IMG/VR virus record: IMGVR_UViG_3300037501_000255
Strand: one strand, 5' to 3'
From: a virus
Lineage: Duplodnaviria > Caudoviricetes
Length of the DNA: 64,000 bases
Shown: one piece after another, positions 9,998 to 21,175 of the stretch
Numbering within the stretch: position 1 is the first letter of the stretch
Layout of the letters: every line of letters begins with the position of its first letter
Notes under the pieces: model-generated
Seen by the model: the letters and a program-made list of their open reading frames with translations, nothing else
Databases searched by the model: none
Told to the model about the DNA's origin: nothing
Translations under genes and position numbers: made by a program

Positions 9998-11467
9998 TCA
10001 TTGAGTTTTTGCCTCGGCTGAAGCGAATCCTTCTGCTATATTAAACGCTTCTATAACCTTCTCCTCTAGTGCCTTGAGCGACTCGGCCACCGTTGCGGGA
10101 GTGGTGTTGAAGAGAGCCTCAATAGTGGAGTCGGGCGGGCGGAAAAACTCATCCTCCTTAAGTCGCTTTTGTGCATCTTCGTTGAGCAGCCCCAGCAAAT
10201 ACTTCGTTTCAATGGCAAATAGGCCATAGATTATACATATAACATCAAATATTGATAGTCCGCTAAACTCCCCAGTATAGTACATAAGCTGCTGTTTTAG
10301 CTGCTCAACCCTAGTCAACTTCTCGTCCTTTTCGTGCTGCTTTTCTTGTAATTTTCTATTTAACTCTTCAACTTCATATGTTATTAGGCTGTTTAGCTGT
10401 GCCACTAGCACGTCTGGTACAATATTTGAGGTGCTTACTCCGTGTTCCAATCTACGTATTTCCTCGCGGCGCTTTACCTGCTCGGTTGGCAACATAAAAG
10501 CTATAGCATTCTGGTTGGCGATTTCCGCCTTTATTAAAGCTATTTCTTGATCTAGGGCGTAAATTTTTGTCTCGGCCTTAATTGTGGTACTCTGAGCCGA
10601 GCGCATTTGTGGATTCGATACTGGGGTAGGGACAAATGCAATCTGAGTAGATAGCCCCTGCACCTCTTTGCGCGCCTCTTCGAATTTAGTGGCTAGACTC
10701 TTTAATATTTGCAGTAGCTTTGTAAGTATTGCCAAATCAACGAATGTGAATTGAGCCTCTTTAACACTAACTCCAGATGCTGATATTAAGCTTTGCAGCT
10801 GTGCCTTAAGCTTCTCAACTCCCTCTGTGTTATTTATAGTCTTGACACGCATATAGAATATGTTATCTATTAGCGGCCTTGATAAGCGGGCCTTGCTTCC
10901 CATTGGTATGTAATCTTCGCCATTTATGGTGTGCTGAAACGATGGCGCAAGCCTTCGGGTTAGCGGAAAAACCGGCACGGCAGCATCGACTACTAGTGGA
11001 AATAGCGATGTGCGCTTAGAATTTGATTTTACGCCTGCAGATATATTTTCTGGCTTAAACATAAATTCAGCGAATCTAGCAGGATCTGGCGGCTCCACAA
11101 GCCTGCCATTTCTTTCACGTATCTGTAGAAATACTTCTCGATCCAGCTCCTCACTATTATATAGTGAGTGGAAATAATTTAGAGTTCCATCTTGTGATAT
11201 GTATGTCTTGAATTCCCCGTCTCTGCGATGCTGATGTACAAATGCCGGATCTGTGGCAGCCGGCAACCCGATCATTCTATAGAAGGCATTAAGCTTCGTT
11301 TCGCCTATACCTCCGGGCGAAACCGGAGCTGCTGCGACAAGCTCATTGTATTTTGCAGATACCTGAGAACGATAAATGTCTATAATTGAGTATAGCTGCT
11401 CTGCAAATGTAAGAGCATCAAAGTTAGAGCTTTCATTTTCGACATCGTTCTGTATATGCTCCGCCAT
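9998..11467 (-). CDS. Hypothetical baseplate-region protein, helical/coiled-coil, 489 aa
   Basis: Long ORF abutting both neighbours; coiled-coil-like stretches (EELNRKLQEKQHEKDEKLTRVEQLKQQL); no family recognised. Confidence 0.6.
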   Translation of the reverse strand: MAEHIQNDVENESSNFDALTFAEQLYSIIDIYRSQVSAKYNELVAAAPVSPGGIGETKLNAFYRMIGLPAATDPAFVHQHRRDGEFKTYISQDGTLNYFHSLYNSEELDREVFLQIRERNGRLVEPPDPARFAEFMFKPENISAGVKSNSKRTSLFPLVVDAAVPVFPLTRRLAPSFQHTINGEDYIPMGSKARLSRPLIDNIFYMRVKTINNTEGVEKLKAQLQSLISASGVSVKEAQFTFVDLAILTKLLQILKSLATKFEEARKEVQGLSTQIAFVPTPVSNPQMRSAQSTTIKAETKIYALDQEIALIKAEIANQNAIAFMLPTEQVKRREEIRRLEHGVSTSNIVPDVLVAQLNSLITYEVEELNRKLQEKQHEKDEKLTRVEQLKQQLMYYTGEFSGLSIFDVICIIYGLFAIETKYLLGLLNEDAQKRLKEDEFFRPPDSTIEALFNTTPATVAESLKALEEKVIEAFNIAEGFASAEAKTQ

Positions 11468-13266
11468 TATGGCCTCCTGCGACCGCCAGAAGACTGCACA
11501 TATTGCCTCTCGCGACGGCGACGTGGGTATTGTCCTGCCGGTTCTACAAACTCGACATTTAGAACCTTACTTACAATATTTGTTCCATCAAATATCCCTG
11601 GCGAAATACACTCTTGATTACCAACTAGAAATGACGCTGTAATTTCTGCCGTACCGGAAGATGTTGACGTAAAAGATGCTTTGTATGTCGAGTCTGCTGT
11701 ATCAAACACAACTGGTCCGACTGTGCCCATGGACGCTGTAAACACAACCTGAAAATTTGTATTGGGCAACTGTGCATCTATGAGATTTGCGCCACTACGT
11801 TCGTTAATCCGCAACGACAGCTGTGCGCTGTCGGAGCCGTCGGCAACAACATATACTTTAGATACTTCAAATACACTTGAGGTTTTTGAGGCTCCGATAC
11901 ATACAACATCTTGATAAAATGATGTTAGGTCTGATAGGTATGCTGTTATTGCATCATTGACATCTTGCGTTGCATCATATGTCGGATCAGCTGCTAGCCG
12001 ATCGTGTATGTCATTTAGGGTCTCCTCTAGCGCATCTGGACGAGGGAATCTGCGTCCAACCTTGGTAATTACCGCGTCTAGGGCACGAGCTCCGCCTGAA
12101 CCTCCCGAGTCCTGATTTGCATTATTGCTTGCAGCAAATTGCACTGCCTGCACCTCATCCATGCAGCCTAGGCTGATGAGATTGCTTAGGAGCAATTGTG
12201 TTTCATCTGGGACTATTTCAAAAGAAACAACATCGTCAACTGTTAGACCGCTGGCCTTGAATGTTACCGTTCCTACCGTCACATCTGTAACCGGATACAG
12301 GGTTCCATCTACCAATATGCGTATGGTCGCAGGCTCTCTATTAGCCGCACTGTCTTCCGATGTGGGCTTCAGTTTGGATGAATCTATAATGTATTTTTTT
12401 AAGTCATTGACTTCGGGATGAGATGGTACAGACAATACCGTTGCCTCGGGAATGATGGTAATCGTAAATCCATCCACCGGTTCGAAGCTAATGCCGGCTT
12501 GCGAGGATAGGATTGTACCCGAGCCGGACGGAGGATCTTTGATTATTGGCGGACAGCTATCAGGATTGCAGCAATCGGCCTCTGTGGCGCAGAAGAATTG
12601 TGCGCTGAGGCCCATGAAGAAGTCCAGCATATCAAGGATGAATGTCAGCGGTGCTAGAGCACCGACCTCATTCAAAAATAGCTGTAACAGCTGACAGATG
12701 CGCTGCGCACATCCATCGACGGCTGCGAAGTTGCCACTTGCTACATCTGCGGGTATTTTGTTTCCGCATTCTATAATCTGCTCAATTATTGGGATTAATG
12801 CCGACAGCATTGCCATTATTATGGCAATGACTAGTTTTATGATATCTATTATGAATAGGATGGTTGCCAGTGGAGGAAGTAGTGCTATTACTGGTGGTAT
12901 TATGTTGAGAAATAGCTCTATGATACTTTCTATTACTGGTATTGGGTTAAAGAGCGCGCATATTATATCTAATATGCCGCGAATTAAATCTAGTATGATG
13001 AATATGGGGGCAAATCCCGACATCACGGATCCTATTGGTCCCATAATTGTCGTTAGCAATTCATTTATTGACTTATACGGCTCTCCCGTCGGCTTAATCT
13101 TGCCTCCGCCAGGAAATTGCATCTGCAGCAATTTCTCATTTGTCATTGCCTTCTTATCTGCCGGCTGAAAACCAGTATTAAATGGAGGATAGAAATTTTC
13201 ACCAAATGCTGCCATTACAGCAGCATTGAATGGGTTAATTGGTCCGACTGGAATGCAACCCGGCAT
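11467..13266 (-). CDS. Baseplate-region protein with long hydrophobic helical region, Cys cluster and C-terminal invasin-type Ig (Big_1-like) domain, 599 aa
   Basis: Ile/Leu-rich helices at about aa 70-230; CATEADCCNPDSC; C-terminal VVADGSDSAQLSLRI...FTASMGTVGPV...TYKASFTSTSSGTAEITA resembles Big_1. Confidence 0.6.
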   Translation of the reverse strand: MPGCIPVGPINPFNAAVMAAFGENFYPPFNTGFQPADKKAMTNEKLLQMQFPGGGKIKPTGEPYKSINELLTTIMGPIGSVMSGFAPIFIILDLIRGILDIICALFNPIPVIESIIELFLNIIPPVIALLPPLATILFIIDIIKLVIAIIMAMLSALIPIIEQIIECGNKIPADVASGNFAAVDGCAQRICQLLQLFLNEVGALAPLTFILDMLDFFMGLSAQFFCATEADCCNPDSCPPIIKDPPSGSGTILSSQAGISFEPVDGFTITIIPEATVLSVPSHPEVNDLKKYIIDSSKLKPTSEDSAANREPATIRILVDGTLYPVTDVTVGTVTFKASGLTVDDVVSFEIVPDETQLLLSNLISLGCMDEVQAVQFAASNNANQDSGGSGGARALDAVITKVGRRFPRPDALEETLNDIHDRLAADPTYDATQDVNDAITAYLSDLTSFYQDVVCIGASKTSSVFEVSKVYVVADGSDSAQLSLRINERSGANLIDAQLPNTNFQVVFTASMGTVGPVVFDTADSTYKASFTSTSSGTAEITASFLVGNQECISPGIFDGTNIVSKVLNVEFVEPAGQYPRRRRERQYVQSSGGRRRP

Positions 13267-15206
13267 TACTTAATCTCCATACCAGTAGGCAGCAGAAGTC
13301 TCTGGCCATCTTTGCCATAAAATGCAATGGCTGACCCAGAGAGCAGGGTTTGACCCTCTGCTGTAAGCTTCAGATCGCCACCAGATTTTACCTCAATATC
13401 GGTATCTGGGGCACTTTCCAAATGTATCCCTTCACTATCCAACGTGATCACATGAAATCCTGCAGTTCCGCTATCTGCGCTCTTGACTTTCACGAATATT
13501 TTTACAACCGGGCTATCATTTGGACTATCATTTACCGCAGAATCTCCGCCCACCTGAACATAAACGTTTCCGTCCATCTGCGAAATGACGCTGTGGCTAT
13601 TCCTGTCCATGCCTATTCTTGATATTACAGAGCCGTAAGTGTCTATCACTACAGACTTATTATCTGCGGCGTCTCTTCCGATATTAAGCTCGAGGCTTCC
13701 ATCTAAATTTGCGTGCACACTGCGGCCTCCGGCATTCGCTTCAGAGTCTGTAGTAGAATTTTTCAATTTTGATGTTATAATGTCGCCAAGATGAGCTTCT
13801 GGAACGGTATTTAATATGTCATGATATGCTGTCTTGTATGCAAATCTATTTTTTGATAATATATCTGTCGGGGCATAGGATGGGTCTAGCTCTATGCCAC
13901 CTCCTGCACCGAATCCAAACTGTTGTATATCCACACGATTTTTATCTCTGAATTGACCATTATTTCTCGTGGCTTCAGATGAGGTGTCGTATGAATTTAT
14001 AAATCTGCTTAGTAAAGGTATGTTGCCGGTATTCGACGACGCTGGGATGTTGACTTTGAGCAGGCCTTCGCCATCAATATCTACGGAGAATCTAGAGTGT
14101 GAATACCCGACACCGTCAGTCGCATCCGGGTCGTCAAGCGTATCTAGTCGCGGCGGCACTGCAACCTGCTTAACTTTACGCGAGTTAAGTTCGAAGTGGT
14201 ATTTGATTGACCTACGTAGAAGTGCTAGATTTTCTTCCAACACTTTGCCTGTGTTATCTTGTATTGGAAATAGGATTTTGTTTCTGTTTAGATCTAGTAT
14301 ATTTCCATATATATCTACCGTTGTACCTATAATATTCTCAAATAGAATATTTGGCAGATGCATGCCTAAATTCATAACATCGGTTCTTTGCATATCGCGA
14401 CGTGATGGCTGATTTAGGAAGTCTCGGCTAGAATCAGCGGAGAGCCTTTCAACCTCCTTGCCGTAATCCTCGCTCATATCCTTCAGTGCATATTCGTATA
14501 CCAGTGTACGGTGCTCTGCTAGCGCCGGGTTGCGAAAAGATATTGCCTCAGATGCCGTACTAGACTTTGTCGTTAGCGGTTGGGCCTGCATACTAGGATT
14601 TCTACCTATAGCTGATAATTCGTAATCGTAATCTATAGCAGTTAGCTTGTCGCTGTTCTGTTCTATGGCTCGCGGAGCTGGTCTCAAATCACGGAGTACA
14701 ATGCCGCTAATGTGACGATACGCCTCAGTATTCTCGTATTTATTTCTAAAGTATTCAAGTGCGGTTTTTGTGCGCGCATTATGCTTTACAAAAGTATCCC
14801 CACCAGTTGTGAGTTCCAACCCATATTGGGTGAGTCGAACACGGCTACCTGCCAAACTCTGAAGGACAATATCTCCAGGACTTAGAGTGGGGTACTGCCG
14901 CTCATTGACGGTAATCGAGCTTATATCTGTGGTTCCGCCAAAATCAAGCTGCGAATAAGCTGATAGAGGAACCGTGCCGATCGGAACATGTTGGCTCATA
15001 CCGGCATGCGTCATCATGATGCGCGTTTTCGAGGTTGGCCCCACAAAAATGCCCCATCCATTCGCCGCATATGGGTGCGGAGCATAAGTTGTAAACTTAC
15101 GCGATGTATCCATATCGGTAAATCTATATACGATCTTATTTGTTTTAGGATCGTACGAATCAATAATAGCTGGTCTAGCCTGCAGTTTTGGCAACGGTGA
15201 ATTCAT
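13266..15206 (-). CDS. Baseplate central spike (gp5/gpV-like: N-terminal OB fold, C-terminal beta-helix), 646 aa
   Basis: N-terminal AIIDSYDPKTNKIVYRF...APHPYAANGWGIFVGP is OB-fold-like; C-terminal short beta repeats (ITLDSEGIHLES...IEVKSGGDLKLTAEGQTLLSG); follows the hub gene. Confidence 0.7.
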   Translation of the reverse strand: MNSPLPKLQARPAIIDSYDPKTNKIVYRFTDMDTSRKFTTYAPHPYAANGWGIFVGPTSKTRIMMTHAGMSQHVPIGTVPLSAYSQLDFGGTTDISSITVNERQYPTLSPGDIVLQSLAGSRVRLTQYGLELTTGGDTFVKHNARTKTALEYFRNKYENTEAYRHISGIVLRDLRPAPRAIEQNSDKLTAIDYDYELSAIGRNPSMQAQPLTTKSSTASEAISFRNPALAEHRTLVYEYALKDMSEDYGKEVERLSADSSRDFLNQPSRRDMQRTDVMNLGMHLPNILFENIIGTTVDIYGNILDLNRNKILFPIQDNTGKVLEENLALLRRSIKYHFELNSRKVKQVAVPPRLDTLDDPDATDGVGYSHSRFSVDIDGEGLLKVNIPASSNTGNIPLLSRFINSYDTSSEATRNNGQFRDKNRVDIQQFGFGAGGGIELDPSYAPTDILSKNRFAYKTAYHDILNTVPEAHLGDIITSKLKNSTTDSEANAGGRSVHANLDGSLELNIGRDAADNKSVVIDTYGSVISRIGMDRNSHSVISQMDGNVYVQVGGDSAVNDSPNDSPVVKIFVKVKSADSGTAGFHVITLDSEGIHLESAPDTDIEVKSGGDLKLTAEGQTLLSGSAIAFYGKDGQRLLLPTGMEIK

Positions 15207-18200
15207 TATGCGGTCTTCCCCATATCATCGTTTGGTACACCGAGTGATGCATCGAGCTCCCCGGCCTGCGCGGGAGCGATGTGCTGCCCCTGCGTTTGCT
15301 CGCCAGCAGAGTCGCCAGTCACGCTACGGTCTACAATTATTGCGATATCCAGTGCATTTACTGGCAGGCCGAGAGACTGCCCGCTAGGGTCAATAGAGTC
15401 ACTCATCCATGCACGTTGAGATGGCATACGGCGATATTTGATATCATCATCAGTCAGTTTTCTATCTATCACAACTATTGCGCCGGGATCTGAGCCCTGT
15501 TTAAAATACTTTTCTTCTATTCTTTGAGGCGCTTCTTCGCTCTTATCATTAACTTGAGTGGCATCTATACTCAAAGAATCATTTAGAGGTATTGTTTCTT
15601 CAGGATATATTCCAGTAGTCATGACAGATCGAATTGCTGACATATATGCCTTGATTGTATCCTCCGTCGGCGTTACTACTGGTTTTCCATCTTGCCTGCG
15701 TCCAGTCAGCTTATTGATATCAGCAACCATAAAGCCTCGTATTTCTAATTTAATTGAAGCGCCTCCACTAGAACTTATGGTAGAGTGTGCTTTGATTATG
15801 GCATTTTTGATTTTTGAAGCATTTGTTTTAATGAAGTGCTGCATTGGCCCGTTATCGATATCGGGTGCCGGCGCTTCAGATGTTTTTATTGGGAAGTATA
15901 GTGTTTCTAATACCTTTACCTGTGCAGAGGCCGGAGGCGCACGGTTGACTCGCTGATTTAGTCCGCCGCGCGCGGCGTCAGCCAGGAGCGTTCTGCCTAT
16001 AATATCAAATGGCTGAGGTATATATTGCCCTAGTGGGCGGCCGTATGCTAGCTGCAGCGTCGTCGTAAAACTATTAGATCTTAGATCTATGCTGTGATTT
16101 ACTGATGTGATGTAATATAACATTTCTTTCGCTGCAATATATACAGTTTCTCCTACTTGATAGTGCTCATTCCCAACAATAGTGATAGATCCAGTATGTA
16201 TCTGCCCTCTCTGCTGCATCAATCTCATTACAGCATATGGCGCGAGCTGTGTTTCTGGATTATTTAGATATGGTACCTTATCATCTGCAGCGTGCCTGTA
16301 TCCGAACTGCCTCCATAGATCAAAATCCGATGCGCCCGCCCAGAAGGCCAACGGATTTCCTGTAACTATAGCCTCGCCCTGGCCAAGAAGATTTTCTGAG
16401 CCATACACATTAATGCGTGTGAAATCAGGCGGTTTAATTTCAAAATCCATGGAGAGGATTACATCATCTTCTATGACAAATCTTTTTCCAGAATTTCTAC
16501 CAAAAGTATTTTGCAAGTCATTTATAACCATGTCTTGTATGAATTTTGGTATAAATGAAACTCTATCATTTCCAAAAATGGCGGCCGTATCTGACACCAT
16601 AGAGCTAAAAAATGCTCCTATTAGTGCTCCAGGACCGTTAAAGGTGGCGGCACTGTCAATGCCGCTTTGCTGATCCAACAGCCTTACCGTGGCATTGATG
16701 AGAGTTTGTCGTTTGGAAACCCTGACCGATATTTCATTAGTTAACCTCAATCGTTCAGAGGCTGCATTGCCATTAGCATTTGTGTACTTATTTATTTCAG
16801 ATAGTATTGCCGCGCGCTGCTCGATCGAGTCTGCAAAATACTCTTCTGCCGGATGGCCGGTAAGGCGACGCAGATCGTTGCGCACAGACATAACTTCCGT
16901 GATGATCTCATTCTCATTTAGTGACGTGGGCCACGCCTCGCTGTCTAGGTTTTCAAGAGCTAGATCCGTCTGAGTTCCCTCTGTGAATGCCGCATGCTCC
17001 AAACTGGCTTCGCGTAGAGCTACGTCATCTATTGCATATGTAACCAGCCCCGAACTTCCTGAGGGATACGCACGCGTAATATATTTTAGACCTGCCCCCA
17101 GGGCGCTGCCGTCCGCATAATCATTTAACTTATCTATGCCGCCCAAGAAAGCGACGCGTTCACGTATCTCTAGTTCAATAACAGTGAGTCTGTCTTTGTA
17201 TGTTTGTGCTCTATTTTTTATCAGATTTTCTATGAATGGAGGTACTAAGCTAACTCCATCTGTCTGACCGAGCTGTATTAGACGCAGCATAAGTGATAGC
17301 GGTATTTTGTTATATTCTGGGGGTCTAAAATTTATATTACCTTGGCTATCAGCAAATAATTCAAAGTGCAGTACATTAGCAACTTCTTGCGCTATTTCTA
17401 TCGGATGCTTATATGTGTTTTTGAATGGATCGAATCCCTGGTTGTCCTTTAAGTCCTGAACGAAACTTTGAATAGATAAATCTGTGCTATATCTATCTGA
17501 TACAACAAAGAAATTGTTATCTTTATTGTATTTAACATCTTCTGGTTTCTTGAGTAGAATATATTGTACTCTTTTAGATGCTTGATTGTTTTCATCGTCT
17601 GTTAAGTGTTGAACTACATCATCTCCGAAAATTCTGACATCACCTACATTGCTCATAGTCGAATTTAGTCTTCGCAGAGCCGCTTCCGCTGCGACCTGTT
17701 CGGCTTGCAGCATCTTCAACTGCTCTTGTACTGCAATGCTGCCATCGACTAGCTTAACATTCGCTATCTTACCCTTAATGCCCGCCAATTGTCGCTGTAG
17801 GGCATTAATAGAGCCTACCGCGCGCGACACCTGCCGCTCGAAGGCTGCGGCCTGAGTGGCCCTTTCCCGATCGATGACTTCCGTTATAGCTGGAAGAAAT
17901 CGCCCATTAGTTGGATTTGATTGTTCAAAAATATCGAATAAATGATCGAAGTAGGCGTTTGAACTACCCTCATTTGAAAGCGTGATTGAGCCCGAGTCAA
18001 GTGCAGCACGTATAAATGTATTGTAGTTGTATGGCTTTCCACATATAAGTATGCTGAGTATATCTGCTGCATCTAATTTAGCAAATACATTGTTAAGCAC
18101 TGTGAGTCCATAATCTTGCTCAATTCCAGGCACTGAGGCGAATGTGTCTCCTAGTGGGCGATTGACGTTTATGTTTTGTGTAACAGTTAGAATACCGCGT

Positions 18201-20182
18201 TTCCACCGATACAGTAGTCCATTTACATGACGCAGTGTTTTGGTTCCGGCCTGCGTATTCTGGGATGTGTCTGAGCTGAGTTCTTCTGCAGTCAACACAT
18301 CTTTGCCTAAGAAGGGATAGTCGTGGAATTTAACTACACCAGCCTCTATTCTCTTTATATTTTCAGGCAATAAGCTCGTACTCTCGACTAGACCTGTGGC
18401 AGGTTCGATCTTGATTTCATTTGGCGTCAGCGGATCTTCTAGCGCTCCCTGCAGTTGAGTCAATCCCGGTTGCGTATTTATGCGGGATATCTCCAAAAAA
18501 TGCATATTGTCTTTCGCTCGTATATTAACAGCGTAAAATCCGTCCTCTGCGCGATAGCTGCTACTTACGCCGGAAATGATACCCTGCCATATCTGCGGCC
18601 CTGTACCGCGAAATACGTGCGGATTTCTCATGAGCTTGTATATCCACAGCGGTATATCTGGAGCTAGCCGTATGCGCTCCTGATCTATGAAATCATCACT
18701 GATGCGAGCCTTTGCATCCTCAAGGCCAAGCACTGAGGTGCTGACATTCTGCGCCAGTTGCGCTAGCGTAGTGTCGTAAAGCGGTGTTTCATCACGCGTA
18801 AAAGAGTTGGCGAAAACATGAATAGCATCCATATGCTGAATTATGTGATGCCCCACGAATTCCTGCCTCATCCGATCCAGCACATCGCTATTTAAGTTAT
18901 TGAGCAATTGAAATTCATCTATAGCACGATCTTGTATAACCTTGTATTCTCTCAATAATTCAAATATTTGCTTAACTCTTATTTGCTCTGTTGCTGTAAA
19001 GCGCTGCTCTTCCGGGATGTTTGACTCTTGCGGACCCTGCCCTGAGGCAAACCCCCGACCCGCACGTAGATCGTTTACGAATCTGCGTGCATCGCTAACA
19101 TCATCAGTGCCGTATACGAGATCATTTTCTGTGAATGGCTGATTTAGCGCTATTAGGGTAGCGGATACGTCGGTGTCTGTGCCAAATGGGAAATTAAAAT
19201 TTATCTCACTAACACCGCGCGAGCGGCGAGAGGCATTTAGTTCTACATCTAGCTGCATAGCCTCATTTGCAATTTGCTTTGCTCTCTCTGTAATATATGA
19301 TGGTATTCTTCCATTTTCCAGATATGCTTCTTTAAGAGCGCGATCTATATCATCTTCTGTTATTACTGATAGTCTATACGGGTCTTGTAACGTGATGTCG
19401 CATTTGCCTTCTCCAGTCGAGAGTGTGGTTGTGGTGGTTATGTTGGACATCATCGTGAATTCCATGACTCCGACACCCGGTCCCGTACCCCTCATATCAC
19501 CAGCAAGGGGATCTACTATCCATGTTGTGAATTTATTTTGCTTGGCTTGCTCTGAGGCCTGCATTACTCTAAATAATTGCTGCAACCACGGCTGTGAAGC
19601 CATCATGTCTCTAATCATTTGACTTGATGCTCCAGCTAGTGATGTCTGTGTAGCTCCTAATAAATCTAGGGCTGAGGCATTTGCCAGGCCGATGGATGCT
19701 ATATCAAATATTGCATTAAATAGATTTCCAAGAGCGCCTGATGCGTAGATGAAATCAGGATCTTCGATAATCTTGTCTACGAAAATTAGTGACTCATAAA
19801 ATGCTATGTCTTCGCATTTTTTTCTGAACAACGTCTTAATGGCTCTTATATATAACTGCTCTTTTTCATCAAAATAATCTGGATCAAAGTTCTCTCTTAA
19901 AGTTGAGAACATCCTTTTTTTGATTACTACTGATGGCTGCACATCTTGCGAGAGAATTCGGCGTTTTGATGGAGCTACTACGTCAGAGATGTGGGAGCCA
20001 GCAAAAGATGTCCCGGGGACGCGCATTGTGCCGTCCTCTATAAATGAGTTTTGAAATACCCTTGCGCCCACAGCTTGCAGTACGCGGGTGAGCGTTGATT
20101 GTATCTGCCCGACAAATTCACCAGACCTATCTCCAATGATGTCTGGATAGCGCGACCTTGCAGTGTTAAATAAAATAGCCAA
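15206..20182 (-). CDS. Baseplate hub protein (gp27/gp44-like) with large insertions, 1658 aa
   Basis: GPQIWQGIISGVSSSY, FELFADSQGNINFRPP and GSITIVGNEHYQVGETVYI...YYITSVNHSID...FTTTLQLAYGR are hub-type signatures; lies between tube initiator and spike. Confidence 0.75.
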   Translation of the reverse strand: MAILFNTARSRYPDIIGDRSGEFVGQIQSTLTRVLQAVGARVFQNSFIEDGTMRVPGTSFAGSHISDVVAPSKRRILSQDVQPSVVIKKRMFSTLRENFDPDYFDEKEQLYIRAIKTLFRKKCEDIAFYESLIFVDKIIEDPDFIYASGALGNLFNAIFDIASIGLANASALDLLGATQTSLAGASSQMIRDMMASQPWLQQLFRVMQASEQAKQNKFTTWIVDPLAGDMRGTGPGVGVMEFTMMSNITTTTTLSTGEGKCDITLQDPYRLSVITEDDIDRALKEAYLENGRIPSYITERAKQIANEAMQLDVELNASRRSRGVSEINFNFPFGTDTDVSATLIALNQPFTENDLVYGTDDVSDARRFVNDLRAGRGFASGQGPQESNIPEEQRFTATEQIRVKQIFELLREYKVIQDRAIDEFQLLNNLNSDVLDRMRQEFVGHHIIQHMDAIHVFANSFTRDETPLYDTTLAQLAQNVSTSVLGLEDAKARISDDFIDQERIRLAPDIPLWIYKLMRNPHVFRGTGPQIWQGIISGVSSSYRAEDGFYAVNIRAKDNMHFLEISRINTQPGLTQLQGALEDPLTPNEIKIEPATGLVESTSLLPENIKRIEAGVVKFHDYPFLGKDVLTAEELSSDTSQNTQAGTKTLRHVNGLLYRWKRGILTVTQNINVNRPLGDTFASVPGIEQDYGLTVLNNVFAKLDAADILSILICGKPYNYNTFIRAALDSGSITLSNEGSSNAYFDHLFDIFEQSNPTNGRFLPAITEVIDRERATQAAAFERQVSRAVGSINALQRQLAGIKGKIANVKLVDGSIAVQEQLKMLQAEQVAAEAALRRLNSTMSNVGDVRIFGDDVVQHLTDDENNQASKRVQYILLKKPEDVKYNKDNNFFVVSDRYSTDLSIQSFVQDLKDNQGFDPFKNTYKHPIEIAQEVANVLHFELFADSQGNINFRPPEYNKIPLSLMLRLIQLGQTDGVSLVPPFIENLIKNRAQTYKDRLTVIELEIRERVAFLGGIDKLNDYADGSALGAGLKYITRAYPSGSSGLVTYAIDDVALREASLEHAAFTEGTQTDLALENLDSEAWPTSLNENEIITEVMSVRNDLRRLTGHPAEEYFADSIEQRAAILSEINKYTNANGNAASERLRLTNEISVRVSKRQTLINATVRLLDQQSGIDSAATFNGPGALIGAFFSSMVSDTAAIFGNDRVSFIPKFIQDMVINDLQNTFGRNSGKRFVIEDDVILSMDFEIKPPDFTRINVYGSENLLGQGEAIVTGNPLAFWAGASDFDLWRQFGYRHAADDKVPYLNNPETQLAPYAVMRLMQQRGQIHTGSITIVGNEHYQVGETVYIAAKEMLYYITSVNHSIDLRSNSFTTTLQLAYGRPLGQYIPQPFDIIGRTLLADAARGGLNQRVNRAPPASAQVKVLETLYFPIKTSEAPAPDIDNGPMQHFIKTNASKIKNAIIKAHSTISSSGGASIKLEIRGFMVADINKLTGRRQDGKPVVTPTEDTIKAYMSAIRSVMTTGIYPEETIPLNDSLSIDATQVNDKSEEAPQRIEEKYFKQGSDPGAIVVIDRKLTDDDIKYRRMPSQRAWMSDSIDPSGQSLGLPVNALDIAIIVDRSVTGDSAGEQTQGQHIAPAQAGELDASLGVPNDDMGKTA

Positions 20183-20191
20183 ATACTACCT

Positions 20192-21160
20192 CTACCTTCG
20201 CAAATCCAACCCCTTAATATTTACACCATCTAGGCTGGCAGCGGCACCGCGCATATTATTGGCATCAAAAATATCCACAGATAAGGACATGTCCGCCCCT
20301 CCACTTCTCTCACCGGCCTGCTGGTTTACTTCCAGTATTGGCAGTGGCTGATCTAGTTCAGTGAAACTGTATGGGTTAGACGGACCCGCCGGTCCTTCTG
20401 GTTGTTTGTGCCATGGCATAAAGTTATGTCGAGATCCTTGACGCGCATATGCTACAAACTCTATGTCGTAATCGAACCACCCCAGCTTCTGCGTTGACTC
20501 AGTCACGTTAAAACTTTTGAAGTATCCACGATACAGAACTCCTTGAAAAAACATATCTATATTGGATGCCAGCGATGCTAGCGTGGGGCGCGGTCGATTA
20601 AGTCCATTAAATAGTTGCGATGTTATTTGTAATACATTTTGTCCAAATAGAAAGCCATTCCCTTCTGCGCTGCCAGAGTTGCCCAGGCCTGTGATGAAGC
20701 TGCCTATGGCTTGATCTAGCTGTACATTTGATAATTGCTCTTCTAGTGCCGCAGCTATACCTTCAAAGGCAAGCTGTTCAGATCTGTATATGGATTGCAG
20801 GATATTGATGCCCTCCATGCCCGCAGAGCCTGTCGTTCCATTTAATATAATTTGATCTAGGTTTTCACCGCCATACTGAACAACGAATCCGCCCTTGGTT
20901 CTCATATTCTGTATGATTTTTGAGCTCATGATTTTAATCTGTTGCGGATTTATATACATCTGTATGTAGCCCAAATGTGGCGTCCTCCAGGTCACCATCT
21001 CTCTGACAACTCTTCCTACGTGAGGACGATCTATGAGATTTAGTACCGAAGCATTAACTTTACCAGATGAGGCGCTGATCGATGCCGCTCGATTCGCAAG
21101 TAGCTCCGGATTTGCCAATGTAGGTTCTGGCGGAAATGGGTCTAATGGTTGAAATGCCAT
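20192..21160 (-). CDS. Tail tube initiator / baseplate-tube linker, 322 aa
   Basis: MYINPQQIKI...RTKGGFVVQYGGENLDQIILNGTTG and YRGYFKSFNVTES...FDYDIEF resemble tube-fold initiators of large myophages; directly downstream of the tape measure gene. Confidence 0.65.
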   Translation of the reverse strand: MAFQPLDPFPPEPTLANPELLANRAASISASSGKVNASVLNLIDRPHVGRVVREMVTWRTPHLGYIQMYINPQQIKIMSSKIIQNMRTKGGFVVQYGGENLDQIILNGTTGSAGMEGINILQSIYRSEQLAFEGIAAALEEQLSNVQLDQAIGSFITGLGNSGSAEGNGFLFGQNVLQITSQLFNGLNRPRPTLASLASNIDMFFQGVLYRGYFKSFNVTESTQKLGWFDYDIEFVAYARQGSRHNFMPWHKQPEGPAGPSNPYSFTELDQPLPILEVNQQAGERSGGADMSLSVDIFDANNMRGAAASLDGVNIKGLDLRR

Positions 21161-21175
21161 ATGTGCTCCGATACT

